Positions 1 to 12,449 of a stretch of 64,000 nt of DNA are shown here, in pieces; within the stretch, counting starts at the first letter, position 1, and every line of letters starts with the position of its first letter. A program made the translations under genes and the position numbers. Source of the stretch: Vicugna vicugna (lineage: Eukaryota); the NCBI GenBank assembly GCA_013265495.1, contig MU058781.1, forward strand, positions 352,963 through 416,962. The letters run 5' to 3'. Below the pieces are notes generated by a model, which was not told the DNA's origin, searched no databases, and was given only the letters and a program-made list of their open reading frames with translations.

Positions 1-71
1 AGTCCTAGAGACGAGGATCTAGGGATGTTTTTGCCCATGAACTTGGATGAGTTTTTTCCCATTTATTTCCT

Positions 72-690
72 AGATGGGATTCTGTACCTCTCAACCTCCT
101 TCCCCTATTTCACCAGTCCCCCGACTCTCCTCCCCTCTGATACCCACCAGTTTGTTCTCTGTATCTATGAATCTGTTTCTGTTTTGTTTTGTATGTTTTT
201 AAGATTCCACATGTAAGTGAAATATAAGTAAAATCAAATGTTATTTTTATTTCTCTGTCTCATTTATCTCACTTAGCATAATAGGTCTGTCCATGTCACC
301 ACCAAGGGCAAGATTTCATTCTTTTTTATGGCTAAGTAATATTCCACTGTGTGTGCCTGTGTGTGTGTGTGTGTATACACATATACCACATCTTCTTTAT
401 TCATTCATCTGTTAGTGGACATTGAGGTTGCTTCCATGTCTTGGCTATTATAAATAGTGCTGCAATGAACATAGTGATACACATATGTTTTGAATTAGTG
501 TTTTCATATTTTTTTAGATAAATACCGAGAAGTGGGATTGCTGGATCTTATGGTAACTCTATTTTTAGTTTTCTGAGGAACCTCCATACTGTCTTCCAGA
601 GTGGTTGCACAGTTTATATTCTCCCCAGCAGTGCGTGAGTGTTCCTTTTTCTGTGCATCCTCACCAATGCTTGTAGTTTCTTGTCTGGAT
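72..690 (-). mobile_element. LINE-1 3' region fragment (L1MA/cetartiodactyl-type)
   Basis: Antisense L1 3'UTR/ORF2-end motifs: 'agattccacatgtaagtga', 'ttgcttccatgtcttggctattataaatagtgctgcaatgaacat', 'gaagtgggattgctggatc', 'gaggaacctccatactgt'. ORF 504..716 translates decayed ORF2 C-terminal sequence. Confidence 0.85.
348..374. repeat. (TG)n microsatellite inside L1
   Basis: tgtgtgtgcctgtgtgtgtgtgtgtgt. Confidence 0.9.
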
Positions 691-1489
691 GGGTTTCTAT
701 GTAAAATAATCTCCATTATTTATTCACATCGTGGGGTGGTGGTGAAGATGATAAGAGAATCCCTTTTTCCCAAGACCCAGCTCTACTCAGGCTGATCGTA
801 GTTTGTTGAATGAGTTAGTGGTCAACATGTATTGCATAAAACAGATTTGAAACCTATTATCTTAAATTATCCCATAAAACGATCCTCTTTCCTATGTCTC
901 AAGAAACACATAATTGCACACAATGCAGGACGGAGCCCTAGACCACTTGGTAGGCTTAGGAATGAAAGCAGCCCGTGGCAATTTTAATCTGAGTAAAACT
1001 GAAAAAGAAGCAACTTGAGGTCTTCCCCTTTAGCCGGGAAAGTGCTTAAACCATCCCATAAGAGTATTTTAAAGGGCATCTTTGCTTAGTCACTTCTCCC
1101 CATCTTTCCCTCCTAACTGTTGAGTAGTGGGAAAGATGAGAGAAATCATGGAGAAAACTGGAAACAATACAGAGAAAATTTCTCCTGTCTGTCTGTTAAT
1201 TTTAAAATCACAAACTTCTAATGTCAGTCTTAATTCGATGGAGAAAACATGACTTTTTTCTTTGTCCTTTATCACTACCAATGCCTAATACCTTGCTCCA
1301 TAACACAAGCGCTCTGCAGATAACATTCTTTTATGGTCTTCATCAGTAACGTCAAACCTCTGAGCTTGGCTTTCCTACCTTTAAAATCTCTTAAGTCCTT
1401 TAGGTTCCAAATAGGAGTTACTGTTTATTGTATACTCATTAGACACAAGTTACTGATACACACATGTTGTTTCACTGAATAATAACAAT

Positions 1490-1625
1490 AACTCTATACT
1501 AAAGATAGTATCATTCTCATTCTGCCAATGAGGAAACAGCTTCAGAAATATTAAGCAACTTAACCGAAAGCCACACAGCTGGTAAGGAGCAAAACTGAGT
1601 CCAAATCCAAGACTGTTTTCTCGAC
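1490..1625 (-). mobile_element. MIR SINE
   Basis: Antisense MIR core 'cattctgccaatgaggaaacagcttcagaaatattaagcaacttaaccgaaagccacacagctggtaag'. Confidence 0.75.
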
Positions 1626-1689
1626 CACCCTGCAGGTGATTTTTAAGTTCTATGGGCTGCATCTACATCATGGCTGGGAAAATTGATTT

Positions 1690-3422
1690 TATTTTTTTAG
1701 AACAGTGTTTGATTTCCAAACATCCTGAGCAGAGGGCACAGAGCACCGCAGACCTCCTCTCCCCTGCCCCATTTCCCGTTACTAGTGTCTTACGTTCATG
1801 CAGCATGTCTGTTACAGCTGGTGAACCAATGTTGACATGTTATTATTAATGATGGTTTATAGGTTACACCAGTTTGTTCTGTGTGTGTACAGTTTTATAG
1901 TTTTCACTAATGCTTAACGCCACCAACGTGTCTGCCAGTACAGTGTCATACAGAATGGTTTTACAGCTCTAAACATTCTGTGCTCCACCTGTTTATTCTG
2001 TCCTTATTCCGCATCCATGAGCCCCTGACAGCCACTGATCTTACTGTCTCTTGTTCCCCTTTTTTCAGAAGGTCATGTCGTCGGAATCATACGCCATACA
2101 GCCTTTTCCAGGCTAGCTTTCTTTCACTTAGCAATGGGCATTGCAGGCTCCACTGTGTCTTTCTGTGGCTTGATAGCTCATTTCACTTCATCACAGAATA
2201 ATATTACAGTGTATGAATATATCACAGTTTGTTTATCCTCTGCCCTATTGAAAGCCATCTTGGTGTCTTCCAATTTTGGGCAATTTAGAATCAACATTCA
2301 CGTCCCAAGTTTTGGTGCAGACCTGTTTTCAACTCATTAGGGTAAATACCAAGTAGCATGATTGCTGAATTGTATGTTAAGACAGTATTTAGAATTTAAG
2401 AAACAGGCAAGCTGTCCTCAGAGTGGCTGTACCATTTTGCATCCCTGTTAGCAATGAATGAGAACCTGTTACTCCACATCTTTGCTGCCATTTTTTTTTT
2501 GGTCAGTGTTTGAGATTTTAGCCATTCTAACACGTATATAATGGTATGTCATTGTTGTTTTAATTTGCGAATTCTGAATGACATATTATGTTTAGCATCT
2601 TTTTATGTGCTTATTTGCCACCTGTATATCTTCTTTGGTGATACGTTTGTTCAGATCTTTTGCTCATATTTTAATTGGCCTGTCTGTGTTCTTATTACTG
2701 CATTTTAAGAATTCTTTACATATTTTAGATACAAGTCCTTTGTCAAATACGTGTTTTGCAAATATTTCTCTTACTCTGTGGCTTGCGTTTTCATTCTCTT
2801 AATGGTGATATTTGTAGACCAGAAGGTTTTCATTTTAATAAAGTCCAACTTACCAATTTTTCTTTCACAGATTATGGTTTTGGTATTGCATTTAATTCAC
2901 CAACAGTTCCAAAGTCACCTAGATCTTGTACTATACTGTCTTCTAGAAATTTTAGTATAGCATTTTACATTTAGGTCTACGATCCATTTTGAGCCAATTT
3001 TTGTGGAGGATATAAGGTCTTTGTCCGTAATAATAATAATTTTGCAGGTGGGTATTTAGTTGTTCCAGCACCGTTTATTGAAAAGACTGTTCTCTCTCCA
3101 TGGAGTTGCCTTTACTTCTTTGCCAAAGAACAGCTGGCCGTGCTTTACGCGGGTTTGTTTCAGGGCTTTCCGCTCCCTCTCATTTATCTGTCCATCTTGT
3201 TGCCAATATCACATTGTCTTGATTACTGCAACTTTACAGTGAGTTTTGAAGACAGGTAATGTCAGTTCTCTGACTTCTTCTCCAAAATCGTGTTGTCTCT
3301 TCTGGGGGTTTTGTCCTTCTGTATAAACTTTAGAATCAGCTAGTTCATATGCACCAAATAACTTGCTGGGATTTTGGTTGGGACTGCACTGAATCTGTGG
3401 GTCAATTTGGGAAGAACTGATA
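1690..3422 (-). mobile_element. Old LINE-1 (L1MC/L1MD-like) 3'UTR plus ORF2 end
   Basis: 'gttacagctggtgaaccaatgttgacatgttattattaa' (L1MC/MD-type 3'UTR), followed by antisense ORF2 motifs 'gtggctgtaccattttgcatccc', 'gttccagcaccgtttattgaaaagact', 'gaatctgtgggtcaatttgggaagaactga'. Confidence 0.85.
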
Positions 3423-3424
3423 CC

Positions 3425-3501
3425 TTTTTTATTGAAGTATAGCTGAATTAAAGTGTTGTGTTAGTTTCTGGTGTACAGCAAAGTGATTCAGTTTTATACG
3501 T
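3425..3501 (-). mobile_element. Short 5'-truncated L1 3' terminus (cetartiodactyl-type)
   Basis: Poly-T then 'attgaagtatagctga...gttgtgttagtttctggtgtacagcaaagtgattcagtt'. Confidence 0.8.
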
Positions 3502-3739
3502 AATATTGCTAAAGGAGGCTACCCCCAGAGGACTATGCATAACATGCAGCTATGCCTGAAAAGCATATTACTTGATGAACAAAAACACAAACAAAAATAT
3601 TCTTTAAAGTGGAGAAAAGAAATATTTTGAGGAATGGTGGCAACAATGTTCACACCCTTTGAAAGACTCTCACGTGGAAGATAAATACACTTATTACCTT
3701 TGGCCAGAAGGCACAGCTTGGAAAAACCTATGGAAATCG

Positions 3740-3845
3740 TATGGGAGAATTCAGGACACTCTGGACTGGAATGATTGTCACACGGGAACTGAACTCCTAC
3801 CCTTGATGGTTTTCAAGAGGAGACCAGAGGTGGATTTCACAAAGG
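3740..3845 (+). mobile_element. Possible CR1/L3 LINE remnant
   Basis: 'gaactcctacccttgatggttttcaagaggagaccaga' resembles the CR1 3' region. Confidence 0.4.
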
Positions 3846-4059
3846 CTGTACAATTATACTAGATAGAGTCTAACTTTTTGTTACCGCCTAAGGCGCTGCA
3901 GTTTTATTGATGCAACAAGATGGAAGTCTTGACAGGTATTTGCCAGCAAGGATTGTTTAAGGAGGAGCTGCAACTCTTTGATCTTGAGCTTTGAGGGAAA
4001 ACCAAAGAAGTACAATATATATTCAATGCTTAGGTGTCAAGCACCTGAAAACTTTCTTC

Positions 4060-4220
4060 CCAAGGTGAGATCTTATTTGTTTTTCACACAACCTTCTACA
4101 ATGTTATTATGGTCCCTCATTTTACATCTAAATAAACTGAAGCTTAACGAGGCTGCGTTACTGGTCCGAAGTCTTGTGTTTGGCAAGTGGAAGTGCTGAG
4201 TCATCTGATTTCAAAGCCTG
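4060..4220 (-). mobile_element. MIR SINE
   Basis: 'cctcattttacatctaaataaactgaagcttaacgagg...tctgatttcaaagcctgtgc'. Confidence 0.6.
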
Positions 4221-4874
4221 TGCATTTATGAATCATAATAACTGTTATTTCTCTTCTGGTTGTATTTTAAATGATTAAGAGCATAAGAAAACGCTTGTCT
4301 CCTACAGTTCTGATATAACTTTATGAGGCTGACTTTTCACAGATACAGCAAAAATACAAGATATTTTTAGGGAAGTAACAAAATTAAATTCAGAAGGATG
4401 CTTGGCTGGACTCTTTCATTTCGGTATTGCTGTTCCTAGAGGTGAAGTCTGGTTTGGCACGTCTAGGGAGTCATTTATTGTTACTGTTTTAAGATTTTAT
4501 ACTTATTAGCCTAAATTTTACCTTTGCCTGCTGGGGTCTGTTACATGGACTGCAGAGTTAAACCCCTCATTTTGATTGTTCCCAATGTGGAAAGAGAAGC
4601 CATTTTGGCTGTTCCACAGCGGGTGCATTCTCTGTACCGCAGGACAACCATTATGCCTGCTTTGCTCTGGGGACTGGTGACATAACTGCAGATTGAAGAC
4701 TTGAGGGACAAGGAACAGTTGGGCTGAAATCTCAGGATCTGTCTGCCAACTGTCCTATGCAAAATGTAGGAGTAATATCCACTCACACTTCCAACATGTC
4801 CTCCAGTTTTATTTTTCTTCATATTTCTGTTTTCAGCATTAACTAAATTTGAAAGTAAACTGAGGTACCGGTGC

Positions 4875-5070
4875 TTACTGATTAAGAACCCGGAACCTGC
4901 AGCCAGACTGCCTGGGTTCAAGTCCAGGTTTTACATTCTTAATCCCCCCAAGTCTTGGTCATTTCTTCTGCAAAAAAGGGGAAATAATACTTCCCCCAAG
5001 GAGTAAATAAATTAGCACGGAGCAGGAAGGCCCTTGCACATGGGAAAACCCCAGTAAACACTACACTATA
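4875..5070 (+). mobile_element. MIR SINE
   Basis: 'ttaagaacccggaacctgcagccagactgcctgggttcaagtccagg' matches the MIR 5' part. Confidence 0.75.
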
Positions 5071-5405
5071 ATCTTTATTTTATTATTACGATTCAGAGTG
5101 AGACATGATTGCATTTGTCAGACCCTGTGTTTTCCAATGGGTTTTCTGTTCTTTGTGTCTTTCCATCTCACTTCCTTTCCTCTAATCCATTCTTTCTCAC
5201 TTCTTTTTATTTTTTTCTTTCCCAAAGATAGAGTTTTGAGTGAATCCACTGCAGAGGCAAGCCCACTCATATATCTCTACGACTCTGAACCTAGCAGTCC
5301 AGCTGCTAGCGCTGCTCACTCTTGGGTCTTGTGAGATATCGGAGTATTTCAGGGGAAATATGGAATGTTTTTCTATTTACTATAGGGCTGAAGCATGAGG
5401 CTCAC

Positions 5406-5459
5406 CTCAGTACAATTGATATGAGCTTTCCCCAACTGTTCCGCTACAGTAACATCAGT
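5406..5459 (-). other. Candidate internal exon (54 nt), unassigned
   Basis: Minus strand 'gcctttttaatag|ACTGAT...ACTGAG|gtgagc'; frame 0 is open (TDVTVAEQLGKAHINCTE). No homology recognised. Confidence 0.2.
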
Positions 5460-6349
5460 CTATTAAAAAGGCGACTGTGTGGGGATCAGAGGCGTCCCAG
5501 GATAAAACATGATCTTCACGTCAGCATCTGTTTTCTAATTAGGATTGCTTAGTGGCAATTTTCATCCAATAATTTAGTTAAATTTCATTCCTAAAGTATA
5601 AATATCCTTTGAAGGCTCCCGGGTGAAGTTAAATCAATAACTGCATTATTGTAAATTACTTCATAATTATATATTGATAAACAGAATAAGGTTATATATT
5701 TCCCTATCACTTCATACCTCAGACAACTTAGCAGAAAATTGCATTCTTAGGTTGTTTTCAAATAACACTTTGTTTTGTATAAAATGCCTTTCATTGTTTT
5801 AAGGCAATATTCTTTCAGCATCGCCTTCCTGGCTTTATTTCGATTTTCACATCATGGAAACTCAGGATGTCTGAATCATATCTTGCCTCTTTAAATGTTC
5901 TCAGAAAATTTTATACATTAAACATTTTCAATGATTTCTAAGGGAAAAAAAATGCATCCTGGCCTATGTTTTTAAGCCTACTACAGAATGCTGGGAAACT
6001 CTAAGACGTTAAGATATTTCAAGTCCCATTTATTCTACAATCATGATTAACCCTCAGCTTAGAATGTTCTCTTTTTCTACTGACTTCCCGTCTCTCCGTG
6101 GTCTCTTTCTCACACTCACTCTTTATCACGGACTTGTATATGCTTATAATGTTTATAGTCGACTGATTTAAAATATTCTGTCCCATTTTCAGTCAAAGTG
6201 GCCCAGTTTTTTGGTAGAGAAAACATATGCACTGTGCACATATCTCCTAGTTAATGTGTCCCTCATCTGTCAGCTGGAGGCTTGGTTATGTCCCTGGGAT
6301 GAGCCTGTTTGACGCTGGCTTTGTTCTTCTTGGGAAAAGACACAGGGCG

Positions 6350-6580
6350 GTCGCATACACAGTGGGAAAAGCGTGTGTTTTAGGCACAGGCAAACTCACC
6401 CTTCAGTTTATTTTCAGCCCTGACTGTATCTTTACCCCTAGCCACGTCATTTAGCCTCTTCTTATCTGAAATAGAGGTAACACGCCTTCCTCTCACCAAA
6501 AAGAGTGTTTAAAGAAGGTTTACATGTTCATGACCAGCCTTGGGTCTTGACAGTGGGTGCTCAGTATGCGGGTAAGAATT
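6350..6580 (+). mobile_element. MIR SINE (diverged)
   Basis: 'cacagtgggaaaagcgtgtgttttagg...tcttatctgaaatagaggtaa...acagtgggtgctcagta'. Confidence 0.55.
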
Positions 6581-7093
6581 ATTATGAACAACCGTAATTG
6601 TTCTAAATTCACTGTGTAAATGGAACTGTCTTCCTGTTCGCCATCACACTGCTTCTCTCACCAGGTCTCATCTTGAAATCCTGGTCCTCATTTCTGTGAG
6701 CTGAATCTATGTTTCGTGGTATTTATGGGACCTTAAAATGGTATTTCTCAACCGTGTATGACCCTCCGTCAGTTCCTTCCTCAAATTCACTAAACCCTCC
6801 ACGGGAATTCTGAATTGAAGTCTGGTTAACAGCTACCAAGCCAAACAACCACATGGGGTTTGGAAATCTTATGTCTAAAACAAATTTGCTCTCCTTTATG
6901 GTAATTGAAGAGGATCTTTAAGGAAATTTGTAGTGTCAGTTATTGGAAAACTGCATACCCAGGTCCCAGGTAAGACCGTTTCCAAGCAGCGGAGAATAAA
7001 GAGGAGAGGGTATGACCCCGACTCTGGGCCCTCCAGGCATGTCAGTTTTATGCAGGTGACATCTAAGAACAGTGAACAGCCAAAGCACCTCCT

Positions 7094-7272
7094 GGGGGGA
7101 GGGGAGAGCCCAGTGGGAGAGTGTGTGCTTAGCATCCATGAGGGAGGTCCTGGGTTCAAGCCCCGGTACCTCCATTAAATAATAAATACCTATACTTCAA
7201 TAAAACATTAAATTAAAAAATTAAGTAAATAAATAAACCCAATCACCTCCCCACCCTGCAAAAAAAAAAAAA
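7094..7272 (+). mobile_element. tRNA-Ala-derived SINE (camelid vic-1-like)
   Basis: tRNA-Ala(AGC)-like head 'gcccagtgggagagtgtgtgcttagcatccatgag..gtcctgggttcaagccccggtacctcca', A-rich linker, 'ccaatcacctcccc' tail motif, poly-A; TSD aaagcacctcct (7082-7093) / aaagaaccccct (7273-7284). Confidence 0.85.
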
Positions 7273-7904
7273 AAAGAACCCCCTACTAAGTGAGTTCCCT
7301 CACGGTGGTGGAAGTGGGAATTTTTCCTTGACCGGCAGTCTCAGAACTCAGCCCGCCAGTGCTGGCTGTCTGTCTTGGGTCCTGCCCCCTCTCTGTCTCT
7401 GAGCCATCCTTTGGGAGAACTCCCGTCTTATCTTAGCCCTCACTGCCTTGAAGATGAGTTTGTGTCAAGGTCATAGTGAAAGATTGGTGAAACTTTCCTG
7501 TCCCCTGGACCCCAAATAGGGAGACTGGAAGAAGGCTCCTGTAAGGGTGGTTGTGCTGCTGGGGTTTCATTCACAACTGATCTGTGTTTTAGCTTTAGAA
7601 CCAGGAATAGAATCATGGTCTCCGGGTATTTGGCCCACGGTATTTTCCACCCTCCTCTGTAAAGTGCTCTTTCGACTTCGCACGGTTTTGTTTTCCGCCA
7701 TCCAAACTGATGTTCTGAATGATTCTTGGACCTGAAACCTCAAGTCATATTCAAGGAAAGACAGAAGTTGTGCCCTAGGAACAGCAATCAGTTTGAATCA
7801 AAGAGGGGCAACAGGTGAGCTCGGAGGATAGAGGAGATTAAGCTGACAAGCGGCTTCTGCTTACCTACAGGATAAATAGCAAAACCTGCCATTTTTGATG
7901 ATCT

Positions 7905-8128
7905 TTTCAATTTTATTTTATTGAGTTATAGTCATTTTACAATGTTGTGTCAAATTCCAGTGTAGAGCGCAACTTTTCAGTTATACATGAACGTACGTAT
8001 AATCATTGTCACATTCTTTTTCACCATGAGCTACCACAAGATCTTGTATATATTTCCCTGTGCTATGCAGTATAATCTTGTTTATCTATTCTATATATAC
8101 CTGTCAGTATCTACAAATTGTGAACTCC
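7905..8128 (-). mobile_element. Young lineage-specific L1 3' end, 5'-truncated
   Basis: 'ttattgagttatagtcattttacaatgttgtgtcaaattccagtgtagagc...agctaccacaagatcttgtatatatttccctgtgcta'; closely similar copies at 15.6, 29.3 and 35.9 kb. Confidence 0.85.
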
Positions 8129-8533
8129 TGTTTGAATCTTAAGTATTTATCTCAATGCTTGTCTCCTAGGAAGGTCTCAAGAGATGTATGTTGCATTGAA
8201 TTGAAAAAGACTTCCACTTGGGTTTAGTACTTTATTATTAATTATTTTAAGGCAAACTGGATAATTTGGCATCTTTGTTTTTCCAGATGTTTATTTGATA
8301 TAAAAATAGGTCCTGAATATTCTTTAATGATTTTTTTTTTCTTTTGGAAATCTTTGGTCATGGGACCCTGTCTTAAAACTTTTGTCACTGTGAATATTTA
8401 GAAAATCCAAGGGTAAAAGTCGTGGAAATGTTTTCTTTAAAATGAGTGACTATCACCGAGCAGGTCAGTGGCCGTCCTGTTGGCACCTGGGGCAAGCTCG
8501 CCTCTACCATTACTACGTACAGAGCAAAAATAC

Positions 8534-8623
8534 CCTCATGACTTTCCTCTCAGAAAAGAAAGTCCGAATGGGAAGGAGAGTAATCCCTTCTGCTTCTGTA
8601 GCCGATGTGGGAGAGAAACAGTC
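8534..8623 (-). other. Candidate internal exon (90 nt), unassigned
   Basis: Minus strand 'cctgttatttttag|GACTGT...ATGAGG|gtattt'; frame 0 is open (DCFSPTSATEAEGITLLPIRTFFSERKVMR). The donor is weak. Confidence 0.2.
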
Positions 8624-8664
8624 CTAAAAATAACAGGCTCAGAAATACGTGTTCAATGAAAAGC

Positions 8665-8768
8665 ATAAACAAATGAATTACAGCGGACTCCGGTTGTGCG
8701 GGGTCGGCCTCGTGCTGGGAATACCGCTACGCACGGACGCGACGTCCTTGCATCGTGAGTTCATTCCA
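8665..8768 (-). mobile_element. L2 3'-end fragment, unusually CpG-rich
   Basis: Follows the antisense L2 end layout (aacaaat...tgtgc...gtgctgggaatac...gtccttgcatcgtgagttcattc); 12 CpG between 8684 and 8755. Confidence 0.45.
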
Positions 8769-10163
8769 TGAACTTGGACGAAACACTGACACCCATTTGC
8801 CTCAAGGGTAAAACAATGCCAATAACATCTGCCGTGCTTATCCCATTGGTTTTTTTAGGGTCACATAGACTAATATACATGAATAAAATTTATGAGAATA
8901 GTTATGGACCAGAGTGTGTATACTTAATGAGGATGTAAATAAGATAATAATAGCATCGGCAACTGGGTACTTATTAACTGCTAATAAATGAAGTATTAAT
9001 TAAGACAATATTGCATCTCTTCTAAAAGTATGGTTTGGGTATATAAAAACCTCTCAGGGCTTAACATCTCCTTAATTGATAGCAGGAATTCAGAATGTTA
9101 ACTATTGAAGTGTACCCCGAGTGGCTCTCTTTTTCCTCATAATATTGCCTTGTTTATCTCTCTGATTTATCCTCCCGTCCCACTTAAGCTGGCTATGCAC
9201 TTTAATGCCATCTTGTTTATGGGAACTAATAAAAGAAAATTCTTTGCAATGGGAGATTTGCTTTATTTAAATGCAAATTAAAACTATATATTCAGTTACA
9301 GGCCGAAGATTTCAAGTGCACGCTGTTTAACAATTTCGGGCAAAAGTTAAGAATGCTTTTCCTTCCTATAATCTAATGATTTAGTTCTTGTAAAATGGCA
9401 CAACTAATTGACCTATGACACTGTATTATCTTATGCATGTTTTATGCTACTTTTGTAAAGAGAAGGTAACATTTACTAAGAAATGGGAAAAAAAACTAAA
9501 CTGCTAGACTAGTAAAGAAATTGACTGATTTAAAATTTCCGGAGACAGGAATATCTTTGTTTTACTGTTCAACTGTTATAACTGAGCAAATATATTTCTA
9601 CTTCTGCCTTCTTAATTGTGTCTAGAAAAGAGTAATTCTTGTCCTGAAAGGGTATTCGAAGAACCAATGCAATAACTTGCCAAACGGATTGAAGTTCTGA
9701 AGAAAAAAGGGGGACGCTGGTCAGTCTCTGGAACTGAATGTAGCCAGTTTCCTTTTTTTGATACTCACACTGGCAATCATCAGATTTCAAGGAAAGAACC
9801 AAGAAATCAAGGAGGCAAAATAACAGAAAAAATAAATACCTTGCCCAGAAGATAATAAGGTTTCGGAAAGAATTGGGGTCGTTGGCACTTAGGTAATGTG
9901 GTTAAAGAAAGTGAAATGGGCCAAGAATTAAATAAAATCTGTCAACAATGTAATTTTTTTCCCGTTCCCTTCCTGAGATTCAGAAGAATGCGTGGTCCCC
10001 AGGAGATAATTGTGCTTCTGTCTCAAAGCGCCCCTACCAGGACTGTGATTAGCCCCACTTTGAGAGTAGGGAACGATTCATTTCAGGGCACTACAACTGC
10101 CACTCTTTCAGATATTGGAGAACACATACTCCTCATTTGTTTACTTTATCTCCCTACTTACAG

Positions 10164-10242
10164 GGAGCGGAGCTTTTGTTGTTGTGATTTATGTAGCAAC
10201 GGATGGTTCCTGAATCGAAGGAATCATTCTCACCTGTGCAAT
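10164..10242 (+). other. Candidate exon (79 nt), unassigned
   Basis: Long pyrimidine tract 'tttgtttactttatctccctacttacag|GGAGCG...TGCAAT|gtgagt'; both splice sites are near-consensus and lie outside recognisable repeats. Confidence 0.3.
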
Positions 10243-10984
10243 GTGAGTAAGATTTTCAAGGTTACATATAGAATTTGGACTATAACTTGAAACAACGTAC
10301 TCTCAGAATCAAATGTCACAGAAGATTGACATAAAAGAGTGCCCCCTATAGTTCATTCAACTTCAGTGTTTGCGAAGAAGTCAGTTTTACAGAGAGCTGA
10401 TCGTGCAATAATAGTCAGAGAAAGCAGGTACTGAGATGACAAACAGAAATCATTTGTGAAAATGTTAAAAATATGGGACAAATTTAGTAAAATAATAGTC
10501 TTTTAATCTCCCTGACTCCTGCCCCAGCCGACAACTTTTCTTAACTTTTCCACCGTGTATTTTTATATGATATACATACAGTGTCTAGTACCGGAGGCAT
10601 TTCTTTTTGTGGTCTTTCCCACAAAACAAAGTACTACATTTGAGAAATTTGATTTTTTAAAATTTTTATGTCACCGAATTCTGTATTTAAAAAGGAAACA
10701 AAAATGCTGTGGCCAATAATCACATCACAAAATGCAGAAGTTAATACGCCTCTTTTCCAATTATTCTGAGAATTAATATCTTGAGTGAGAATGAGGAATA
10801 TTTCCCATGTGTTTTCCATTCTCATGTTTAAAGGAGTTCGAAGGGGCTTGTTTTGAAAGTCAATGCACTGATTACTAATTGAGGAAAATGTCCTTTTTTC
10901 ATAAGTAGTAATTGACAATAGGTAAAGAGGAAAACAAATTCTCCAAGATCATTAAGGCAAAAGAAGGGAGGAAAAAAGGACTAA

Positions 10985-11205
10985 GGTTTACTGTAAAGCC
11001 ACGATTTTACTAGGCACTGTTTACATACTCTTTGATATAACTCATGTTCAACCCTGTGAGTTACATGTTACTACCACACACACACACACACACCAATTTT
11101 CTTGATGAGAAAACTGAGTCAGAGAGATTAAATAACCTGCTCAATGTTCATGAGGCTGGACTGAGAACAAGATTCGACTTCAAAGCCCGAGATCTCCATG
11201 CAGTA
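10985..11205 (-). mobile_element. MIR SINE containing a (CA)n tract
   Basis: 'caattttcttgatgagaaaactgagtcagagagattaaataacctgctcaatgttca...gacttcaaagccc'; (CA)n at about 11075-11092. Confidence 0.75.
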
Positions 11206-12224
11206 AGCTGTTGGAAAGCAAGGATAAAATGATGCTGAATGTCACATCGCAGGGAAAGTGTTTGCTTTCATTTTCACTTTAACGTAATAGTTCTGTAACC
11301 CTTGGTATGAGGATATATAAAATTCAAAACGTTACCCTGAGTTATAGTGTAGTTCTGGATTTTTTCAGTGCGAGTGACAATTGCATCTTTGGCACGTTCG
11401 AATGAAGAAAACATTTCTGAATAGACTTTTCCTTTTTTTTATTCTCTGGGTAACCTGATGACTAACTAGGACCTATCTGTTTGGACACTGCTACTATATG
11501 CATGGCATGGCCATTTCTTGCTGCCGTGACTCCTTTTATTACACGGCATGACTGGAATTTTAGTTGGGCAGAAGCAAAGAACCATTTCCCTAAATTAGAT
11601 TAACCTTTGCACCTTTGGCAGCTCAAGTTAAGCCCCAAACTGCCCCGAAGATGAAGTGGGATCTGAGGCACAAGGACTTTCCTTCAACAGGTTGTGTTAG
11701 AAAGTTACACCTCAGTAGAATGACAGCCAGAGAGAAACACGTCAGCACGTGGATAGGAAATCACTTTTCGCTGAACCTAACGTGTTTAAGCTAGTCTGTG
11801 TGATGGTGAAGAGACGTAAGAGCTGCCTGTAAGAAGCACATGAACTGTCATGAGAGCATATGGTTTAATCATCTGTAGCAAAAGCAGTCATTATTAATGT
11901 GCTCAGTGTCCAGACTGATCGTTGCAGAAGAACTAGACTTGCAGAAGTAATTGAGAGATGCCCATTACTCTCTGGAAAAGGAAAAAAAATCATAGAAAAC
12001 TAAAAAACTGCTAATTCCAGAACTTCCCTATAGACATTTAAGATGTAATCTACTCGGTAGATTAGACCATATTGTACTAGAAAATTATCTTTGTAAATCA
12101 TGGGTGCATACTGGTAGCAGTGGCAAAGAACATATTCATTCTCATTATTTTATTTATTTTAAAGCTTAGAATTTCCTTCATATCTTTCTAAAGTGATGGA
12201 CAAGAATGTATATGTGTTTCCAAA

Positions 12225-12420
12225 CAAACCCTATGATATATATACACAATATTATAATATGTAATTATATATAGTATATAGCACATACATGTATCATATA
12301 TATGCAATATATGCATGTATATCATATATGTTATGAACTATGATATATATTATATATACACATGTTATTATGTATAATACATTGTGTGTATATATGCATT
12401 ATACATATTTAAATATAAAT
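12225..12420. repeat. Degenerate (TA/CA)n AT-rich low-complexity tract
   Basis: 'tatgatatatatacacaatattataatatgtaattatatatagtatata...'. Confidence 0.8.
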
Positions 12421-12449
12421 TCAGTCACAATCATGTTTTATATCTTGTG

